From: a virus
Strand: one strand, 5' to 3'
Length of the DNA: 64,000 nucleotides
IMG/VR virus record: IMGVR_UViG_3300010370_005113
Span: 6,919 to 70,918 of that record
The position numbers and the translations under genes are program-made. This document shows, one piece after another, positions 57,380-64,000 of this stretch; position 1 is the first letter of the stretch; each line of letters opens with the position of its first letter. The notes beneath the pieces were generated by a model. The model was not told the origin of the DNA, made no database searches, and saw only the letters and a program-made list of their open reading frames with translations.

Positions 57380-58972
57380 ATGTCTAAGGCATCCAATCTT
57401 GCAGGATTTGTTACTAGTATTGTTCCAATCAATAACTTAAATGCAGGTATCATCACTGCAACAAGTCTTGTAGGAGACGGAACAAATCTTACAGGAATAC
57501 AAAAAGGACTTGGAGCAACTGCAAATTATACAACATCAGGTATCATCACTGCAGGAACTTTTTATGGTGATGGTGGAGGACTTACAAATATTGGTGGAGT
57601 ATTAGAACCAATTACTTATAGTCCTGGTATTGCACAAACAAATGTAGGAATATCATCGAATATTGTTCTTACATTTAATAAGCCAATCAAAGCAAATACG
57701 GGTACAATTACTTTAAGAACTGGAAGTGCATCAGGAACGATTGTTGAGAGTTATGATGTAACTTCAAGCAATAGATTAACGATTAGTGCTGGTGTTTTAA
57801 CGATAGACCCCACTAGTTCTTTTGCAGATGGAACAACTTATTATGTTGTTTTACCTGCTGATGTGTTGAAAGATACGTTTAACACATCATCAAGTGTTGG
57901 TATTAGCACTTATTATTTTACTACCAAATTAACTTTATATTCATTATTTGAGTGGGGTAGCAATTCTTATGGGCAATTGGGGCAAAATAATACAACATAC
58001 TATTCATCACCTGTCCAAATACCAGGAACCACATGGAGTTCTATAGGTGGTGGTGGTTCTCACACATTAGCGACCAAAACTGATGGGACTTTATGGTCAT
58101 GGGGGATTAATAGTTTTGGTACATTAGGTCAAAATGATAGAATAAATCGGTCATCACCAGTACAAATACCAGGAACCACATGGAATGCAATAAGTGCTAA
58201 GAGAAGTGAACATTCACTAGCAACCAAAACCGATGGAACATTATGGTCATGGGGTTATAATTCTAATGGACAACTAGGACAAAATAATGGAACACAATAT
58301 TCATCACCAGTACAAATTGCAGGAACCACTTGGAGTTCTATTGCGGCAACATTAAATCAATCATTAGCAACCAAAACCGATGGGACATTATGGTCATGGG
58401 GTCGTAATGTTGTTGGTCAACTAGGACTTAATGATATAATACCACGTTCATCACCAGTACAAATACCAGGAACCACATGGAGTTCTATTAGTAATGGTGG
58501 TGCTTTTTCACTAGCAACCAAAACCGATGGAACATTATGGTCATGGGGTTATAATAATTCTGGACGACTAGGACAAAACAATATAACACAATATTCATCA
58601 CCAGTACAAATACCAGGAACCACATGGAGTTCTATTAGTAGTGGTGGTGCTTTTTCATTAGCAACAAAAACTGATGGAACTTTATGGTCATGGGGGTTTA
58701 ATTTTCAAGGTCAGTTAGGGCAAAATAATACAACATACTATTCATCACCAATACAAATTCCAGGAACCACATGGAATTCTATAAGTAATGGTGGTGCTTT
58801 TTCACTAGCAACCAAAACAGATGGAACTTTATGGGGATGGGGAAGAGGATCATCTGGTCAATTGGGACAAAATAATACAACATACTATTCATCACCTGTC
58901 CAAATACCAGGAACCACATGGAGTTCTATTAATAGTGGTAGTTATCATTCACTAGCAATCCAACAACAATAA
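57380..58972 (+). CDS. Ig-like plus RCC1/BLIP-II protein
   Basis: Paralog of 55766-57367; seven repeats. Confidence 0.88.
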   Translation: MSKASNLAGFVTSIVPINNLNAGIITATSLVGDGTNLTGIQKGLGATANYTTSGIITAGTFYGDGGGLTNIGGVLEPITYSPGIAQTNVGISSNIVLTFNKPIKANTGTITLRTGSASGTIVESYDVTSSNRLTISAGVLTIDPTSSFADGTTYYVVLPADVLKDTFNTSSSVGISTYYFTTKLTLYSLFEWGSNSYGQLGQNNTTYYSSPVQIPGTTWSSIGGGGSHTLATKTDGTLWSWGINSFGTLGQNDRINRSSPVQIPGTTWNAISAKRSEHSLATKTDGTLWSWGYNSNGQLGQNNGTQYSSPVQIAGTTWSSIAATLNQSLATKTDGTLWSWGRNVVGQLGLNDIIPRSSPVQIPGTTWSSISNGGAFSLATKTDGTLWSWGYNNSGRLGQNNITQYSSPVQIPGTTWSSISSGGAFSLATKTDGTLWSWGFNFQGQLGQNNTTYYSSPIQIPGTTWNSISNGGAFSLATKTDGTLWGWGRGSSGQLGQNNTTYYSSPVQIPGTTWSSINSGSYHSLAIQQQ

Positions 58973-58986
58973 ATACTTAAAAAACC

Positions 58987-59322
58987 ATGTCGGTTCCAGC
59001 AGTAAATCTAACGATTGATAAAGGCACTACGTTTGAAGCAACCTTTAACGTCACAAATTCTGATGGTTCTGTGTTTTCATTAACAAACTACAGTGCAACT
59101 GCAAAGATTAGAAAGTATCCAACTGATGTGAATTCCAAGTCTTTCCAAACATCAATTACAGTTGCTACTGGTGAAATCAAAATCTCAATGGGTTCCACAG
59201 TCACTACAGATTTAACGGCAGGTCGGAATTATTATGATGTGATTATAACTCAAGCAGGAAGTGGAAAAGTACAAAAAGTTTTTGAAGGTACAGCAATCGT
59301 CAGCGATACGGTATCCGTATGA
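58987..59322 (+). CDS. Small structural/adaptor protein
   Basis: VNLTIDKGTTF...GRNYYDV...KVFEG pattern; AATAAATA at 58968-58975. Confidence 0.65.
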   Translation: MSVPAVNLTIDKGTTFEATFNVTNSDGSVFSLTNYSATAKIRKYPTDVNSKSFQTSITVATGEIKISMGSTVTTDLTAGRNYYDVIITQAGSGKVQKVFEGTAIVSDTVSV

Positions 59323-59630
59323 CTATCAACGTAAGTCAAAGCACTAGTTCTTACAGTGTAAAACTTAAAACAACACCAAAGTTTAAAGTTACAGTTTCAG
59401 CGGAGGCAAGTTCAGTGGCTGGAAATTTATCAGACCTTGATGATTTTAATGGAACTGGTGTTCAAAATGGATATGTGGTGATGTATGACGCAGCAACTCA
59501 GAAATATATTACAGTAGACCCAGACACTGTTCTTTCAAATGCAGTCACTGGTGGGTTACCAAGTAATTTTGTTGATAAATTAGATGTAGATTTAGATGAT
59601 AAGATTGATTTAGATGCTGGGAGTTTTTGA
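59319..59630 (+). CDS. Small structural protein
   Basis: ATGA overlap; LSDLDD motif and C-terminal LDAGSF as in fibre-associated proteins. Confidence 0.6.
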   Translation: MTINVSQSTSSYSVKLKTTPKFKVTVSAEASSVAGNLSDLDDFNGTGVQNGYVVMYDAATQKYITVDPDTVLSNAVTGGLPSNFVDKLDVDLDDKIDLDAGSF

Positions 59631-59662
59631 TTAATAAATAATAAAAAATAGTATAGAAAAAG

Positions 59663-62101
59663 ATGGCTGCTCCTGTTTTACAGTTTAAGAGAGGTCTTCT
59701 TGCTAATCTCCCTGGACTAAGGGCAGGTGAACCCGCCTTAACAACTGATAGTTACGACCTTTACGTTGGTATTGATAGTACCACAAACAATAATAAGTTC
59801 TTTGGTTCTCATAGATATTGGACAAAGGAAACTACCACAGTAGGTAGTTCTGTTAAAGTTGTAGAGGGAACCAATAACGGCAGTAACTTTATTGCATTAA
59901 AAGCACCGAATAGTCTTGCATCTGATGTAACCTTTACTCTTCCTTCAGCAGATGGAAGTGCAAACCAAGTCCTAAAAACTGACGGTAGCGGAAATCTTTC
60001 TTTTGCTTCAGTATCATCAAACTTTAGTATTGCAGGTGATACTGGAACTGATACGGTTGTAGTAGGAACTGATACTCTTACATTTGCTGGTACTGCAAGT
60101 GAAATTGAAACAACAGTTACTAATAATCAAGTTCAAATTGGTCTTCCTAATAACGTAGTTGTTGGTGGAGCACTGACTGTTACAACTGGTGCAGTCATTG
60201 ATGGAGTACAGATTGGTATCAATGGTGCAAATGTAATTGATACTGTATCTGGAAATCTAACCATTAATTCTGCTGGTGGGCAGACAATCATTGATGACCT
60301 TGTTACCATTCAAAATAATCTAACGGTAAATGGTAATGTAACTGTAGGTGGAACAACAGTTACTCTTCGTGGTACAGACGTTTATATTGAAAACAAAGAC
60401 ATTATTCTTGGATATACAACATCAGTCACGCCAAATGATGATACCGCAAATCATGCTGGTGTTGCAATTGCATCAACAGTAGGAAGTCCATTAGTAAGTT
60501 TTGAAGCTTCTGGAATTAATACTCTTCCAAACACTTATAAGCAATTAATGTGGTTCAAGAGTGGAACTCTTGGATTTAGCACTGATGCCTTTGCTTTTAA
60601 CTATGGTGTAGCGATTGGAACCACAACAATGGCGAATGGTGATCGCCTTGCTGTTGGTACTGGTATCAGAATGACTGATACTGCAATTACTGCGACAACC
60701 TTTAATGGTGCTTTATCGGGTAATGCATCATCTGCAGACCAAGTTAAAACAGTCACTGCAGGCAATAATAACGCAACGTATCATATTACCTTTGTTGATG
60801 CAAATAATGGTTCTGCAACCAACGAAAGTGTTTATACCGATGATGGTATTTACTACAATCCTGGTACAAATACCTTTACAACTCAACACGCATTATTTAC
60901 TGGTAACGTAGAGGTTCAGGGAACACTAACTGGTACTGCAACTACCGCAACCAGAGCAACAACTGTTGATACAACTTCAACATCAACAAACGCAACGTAT
61001 TATGTTCCTTTTGTTGATACACTTGCAGGACAAAACGGAGAAACAATCCGTGTAGGTGCTGGTTTATCACTCAATCCATCAGATGGTTCTGTTGCATCTC
61101 ACGGTATCTTAAGTGTTGGAAATCCAGCAGCTCTGACTTCTTACATCAAAGCAGGTGGTGGTTCCAATGCAATGTACATGTATTCAAATGGTGATGTTTC
61201 TTTCCAAGCAAAGGTAATCACAAACAGCATTCGTAGCTCTGGTGACCCAAGCGATGCACTTACACTTTCTAATCGTGACGTAACGTTTGGAAATAACATT
61301 ATAGTCACTGGTATTACAACAGTAGGAACTGGTGTAGGTATTACTCAGTTCTCTGGTTCAGTATCTACAGGAACTTCAACATCATCTGTTCCAACTTCAT
61401 CCGCAGTCATTAATTATGTTGGAACTCAAATCTCAAACATTGATTTAACAACAAGCACTGCTGGTGATACTGGAACTGGTTCTGTTTCCACATCACAAAC
61501 ACTTACGATTGCTGGTACTGCTGGAGAGATTGAAACTTCTGCATCAGGTCAAACAATCACTGTTGGACTTCCTGATACTGTTATCGTTGGAACTGCATTA
61601 AGCGTACCTACCGTTAAGACTGCTACAGTTCAGCATTCAAACGGAACACAAGCAGCAACGATTGATACTTCAGGCAACATCACTGCATCACAGAACCTGA
61701 CCGTTTCTGGAAACCTTTATGTAAATGGTTCCACAACTCAAGTCAATACATCTTCAATGACTGTTGAAGATAGAACGATTGAACTGGGACAGGTTGATGG
61801 TTCTGCTCCTTCTTCTGCAACCACCTGGGACCTTGGAGTTCTCTTTAACTACAACTCTTCGGGCGCGAAGAAGTCTGCTGTTATCTGGGAACATGCTGAC
61901 GGAAGATTTAAGTTTGGTTCACAAGTATCTGATGGTGGTGGTACTGATAACGATAGTCCACAAATCACAGTTTCAAACTATGCAGCAATTGAAATTGGTT
62001 CACTATGGGTCAATGACTGTGCTGGACAATCACAAGTCATTAATTGTTCTGGATCCACAAGAACATTAGAGAACATTACGATTGATGCTGGAACTTTTTG
62101 A
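59663..62101 (+). CDS. Tail fibre protein with Mtd-N-like N-terminus
   Basis: LQFKRG...GEPALTTD..LYVG N-terminus; duplicated AGDTGT...EIET...GLP blocks; ends IDAGTF. Confidence 0.8.
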   Translation: MAAPVLQFKRGLLANLPGLRAGEPALTTDSYDLYVGIDSTTNNNKFFGSHRYWTKETTTVGSSVKVVEGTNNGSNFIALKAPNSLASDVTFTLPSADGSANQVLKTDGSGNLSFASVSSNFSIAGDTGTDTVVVGTDTLTFAGTASEIETTVTNNQVQIGLPNNVVVGGALTVTTGAVIDGVQIGINGANVIDTVSGNLTINSAGGQTIIDDLVTIQNNLTVNGNVTVGGTTVTLRGTDVYIENKDIILGYTTSVTPNDDTANHAGVAIASTVGSPLVSFEASGINTLPNTYKQLMWFKSGTLGFSTDAFAFNYGVAIGTTTMANGDRLAVGTGIRMTDTAITATTFNGALSGNASSADQVKTVTAGNNNATYHITFVDANNGSATNESVYTDDGIYYNPGTNTFTTQHALFTGNVEVQGTLTGTATTATRATTVDTTSTSTNATYYVPFVDTLAGQNGETIRVGAGLSLNPSDGSVASHGILSVGNPAALTSYIKAGGGSNAMYMYSNGDVSFQAKVITNSIRSSGDPSDALTLSNRDVTFGNNIIVTGITTVGTGVGITQFSGSVSTGTSTSSVPTSSAVINYVGTQISNIDLTTSTAGDTGTGSVSTSQTLTIAGTAGEIETSASGQTITVGLPDTVIVGTALSVPTVKTATVQHSNGTQAATIDTSGNITASQNLTVSGNLYVNGSTTQVNTSSMTVEDRTIELGQVDGSAPSSATTWDLGVLFNYNSSGAKKSAVIWEHADGRFKFGSQVSDGGGTDNDSPQITVSNYAAIEIGSLWVNDCAGQSQVINCSGSTRTLENITIDAGTF

Positions 62102-62123
62102 GACTTAAATCCATAATCTAAAT

Positions 62124-62151
62124 AGGGGGAGTTTATGTCTCCCCCTTTTTT
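62124..62151 (+). terminator. Rho-independent terminator-like hairpin
   Basis: AGGGGGAG-N7-CTCCCCCT followed by a T run, immediately before ATG 62152. Confidence 0.7.
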
Positions 62152-62337
62152 ATGACTGATAATGACCTAAAAGCAGTTCTTGCAAAATATCAGCAAAAAG
62201 CATTTGAATTGTTTAATCAAAACATTGTATTAGAAACTCAAATAGAGACTTTGCAGAAACAAGTCCAGTCTTTAACACAAGAGTTAGAAAAATTAAAATC
62301 AAAAAGACCGCCTAAGACATCATCAAGTGAGTTTTGA
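62152..62337 (+). CDS. Small coiled-coil protein
   Basis: Heptad-like LETQIETLQKQVQSLTQELEKL. Confidence 0.65.
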   Translation: MTDNDLKAVLAKYQQKAFELFNQNIVLETQIETLQKQVQSLTQELEKLKSKRPPKTSSSEF

Positions 62338-62396
62338 TAAATAATAAAAACTCTTATATAAGAGTTAAGCACGGTATATACCAAATATGAGGTTGA

Positions 62397-63326
62397 ATGG
62401 CTAGTCCTATAATTAAAATCAAACGGTCTTCCGTTCAGGGAAAACAACCAGGAGTTGCAGATTTACCCCTTGGTGAATTAGCCCTGAACACCTATGATGG
62501 TCGTCTTTATGTGTCCAAATCCACAGACAGTGGAGTAACGACGAGCATCGTAAATGTATCAGGAATACAAATACAAGATGAAGGTAGTGCAGTTGGTTAT
62601 GCAAATACTATTAATTTTGTAGGTTCTGGTGTTACCGTATTAAGTATATCAAATGGTGTTGGAATTGTAAGCGTAAGTTCCGGTGGCGGTGGAGGTGGCG
62701 GAGCATCAGTATCTATTAGTACAGTAGCACCATCAACACCAACAGCAGGAGATCTTTGGTATAATAGTAATTTAGGAAGAACCTTCATTTATTATTATGA
62801 TGGTTCTTCATCTCAATGGGTTGATGCTGCACCATTTAATGTTGGTATCATCACTTCGCTGACGAATGTATCTTTTAATGCAGGTACAGCAACATCTCCT
62901 TCAATGTATTTTACAGGAGATACGCAAACTGGTTTCTTTTCGCCCGCATCAGGAAATCTAACAGTTGTATCTTCTGGGTCTTCTATTCTGAATGTTAATT
63001 CGCGTGGTGTTATCGTAACAGGAATTGTAACTTGTACGGATTTAAACTCAACATCTGACCTTAAACTTAAACAGAATGTTCAAACAGTAGAAAATGCTAT
63101 AGGCATTGTAAAAGAACTTCGCGGTGTTAAGTTTGAATGGAAAGAAAACAACAAATCATCATTTGGTGTGGTCGCTCAAGAAGTTGAAGAAGTCTTACCA
63201 GATCTTGTTACTAATACTGACCCCAAAACGGTTAATTATAATGGTATTATAGGTGTTCTAATTGAAGCTATCAAGGAACAACAGGTACAAATAGAAGAAC
63301 TTAAAGCACAAATCAACAATCAGTAG
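62397..63326 (+). CDS. Short fibre protein with peptidase S74 chaperone (paralog of 23865-25067)
   Basis: IKIKRSSV...GELALNTYDG N-terminus; TSDLKLKQNV...GVVAQEVEEVLP...VNYNGIIGVLIEAIKE. Confidence 0.88.
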   Translation: MASPIIKIKRSSVQGKQPGVADLPLGELALNTYDGRLYVSKSTDSGVTTSIVNVSGIQIQDEGSAVGYANTINFVGSGVTVLSISNGVGIVSVSSGGGGGGGASVSISTVAPSTPTAGDLWYNSNLGRTFIYYYDGSSSQWVDAAPFNVGIITSLTNVSFNAGTATSPSMYFTGDTQTGFFSPASGNLTVVSSGSSILNVNSRGVIVTGIVTCTDLNSTSDLKLKQNVQTVENAIGIVKELRGVKFEWKENNKSSFGVVAQEVEEVLPDLVTNTDPKTVNYNGIIGVLIEAIKEQQVQIEELKAQINNQ

Positions 63327-63404
63327 ACACTTTCCAAACCGTCCACCAACCGTCACACACCCATCCAAAAAGTCCTATAATGACCGCATAGACAACAAAG
63401 ACCT

Positions 63405-63509
63405 ATGCGGTTTTCTTCTACGGACAGATTACTTTTCGTCACATCGTTCATCTGGTTCACCCATTGGGGTGTTAAAGTGACTGAAGTTGCAATCAACGCA
63501 CTCCTCTGA
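63405..63509 (+). CDS. Putative 34-aa hydrophobic peptide (not in ORF track)
   Basis: MRFSSTDRLLFVTSFIWFTHWGVKVTEVAINALL; TGATG coupling to the next gene; TATAAT at 63376-63381. Confidence 0.5.
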   Translation: MRFSSTDRLLFVTSFIWFTHWGVKVTEVAINALL

Positions 63510-63937
63510 TGCTATACCTTGATATTACTGGTTATGGAGCACGTAGAAGGCGCTGTAGCAGTGTTGTAGAGTGGTTTCTAACCAAGTACTTACCCAGACA
63601 TCATATCACCGTAGAAGTCCATCACAGAGGTCTTCGTAGGGAGCAATCTTATGGTTATTGTTCTGTTGCTGGTGATATCTATCGTCCCCGTGAGTTTCTG
63701 ATTGAAATTGATCCAAAACTTGATTTGGAACTTTATACAAAAACTTTAATTCACGAGTGCGTACATATTCGGCAATGGGTTAAAGGTCTTCTTAAAGAAC
63801 GCAGAGGTAAAATGTATTACAAAGATAAAACTTTTGAAGACTTGGATTACTGGGAGTATCCACACGAAGTAGAAGCACATTATCTTGAAGAAATTCTTTA
63901 CGAAGATTACCTCACAGAGACTGGACAAACATCATAA
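63509..63937 (+). CDS. HExxH zincin-like metallopeptidase domain protein
   Basis: TLIHECVHIRQW and YPHEVEAH motifs. Confidence 0.75.
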   Translation: MLYLDITGYGARRRRCSSVVEWFLTKYLPRHHITVEVHHRGLRREQSYGYCSVAGDIYRPREFLIEIDPKLDLELYTKTLIHECVHIRQWVKGLLKERRGKMYYKDKTFEDLDYWEYPHEVEAHYLEEILYEDYLTETGQTS

Positions 63938-63996
63938 ATATTGATGCCTGACTGACTGCAATCTTCAGGTTGGAGAGTAGAAATACTCTCCTTCTT
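63933..63996 (+). ncRNA. Putative late small RNA cassette, copy 2
   Basis: CATAAATA, 6 nt, CCTG-N15-CAGG, then GGAGAGTA-GAAA-TACTCTCC-TTCTTT terminator; same spacing as 13119-13177. Confidence 0.55.
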
Positions 63997-64000
63997 TATA

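Larger units (their letters stand above)
25390..58960 (+). repeat. Dispersed ~147-nt coding repeat family (77 RCC1-like blades in 11 genes); boundaries approximate
   Basis: Conserved DNA blocks such as TCATCACCAGTACAAATACCAGGAACCACATGGAGTTCT and GCAACCAAAACTGATGGAACTTTATGGTCATGGGG recur throughout; adjacent identical blocks at 53340 and 53487 are 147 nt apart. Confidence 0.95.

Noticed and set aside
25390-58960. CRISPR-like array of conserved repeats with variable spacers
   Set aside because: Repeats are in-frame protein-coding units (~147 nt) inside long ORFs; no cas genes or leader.
25087-58972. Diversity-generating retroelement driving loop variation (many NNT codons in loops)
   Set aside because: No reverse transcriptase or non-coding template repeat in the window; scaffold adenines are invariant and loops also vary in length. 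An RT elsewhere cannot be excluded.

Overview
AT-rich late (structural) region of a T4-like cyanomyovirus (Kyanoviridae-type). The assignment rests on gp26/gp51/gp5-like baseplate genes, the auxiliary gene cp12 and many NATAAATA late promoters. Layout: baseplate and tail module (1-11.7 kb); a tRNA-Leu / HNH / atypical tRNA-Thr / HNH island plus a Mom-like DNA-modification gene (11.7-14.9 kb); large fibre proteins (14.9-25 kb); and a 34-kb island (25-59 kb). That island holds 11 paralogous RCC1/BLIP-II-like genes with exactly seven ~49-aa blades each, which flank and interleave with a 21-gene modification cluster (TPR-GT9 and other glycosyltransferases, sulfotransferase, methyltransferases, 2OG-Fe(II) oxygenases, HldA/HldC/HldD-type heptose enzymes). 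More fibre genes follow (59-63.3 kb). Most notable signals: (i) a recombination-shuffled propeller repertoire coupled to a putative heptosylation/glycan-tailoring system; (ii) a twice-occurring small-RNA cassette whose first copy is antisense to the adjacent HNH leader; (iii) a candidate -1 frameshift fusing gp26 to gp51. All product calls come from motif recognition, not database searches.
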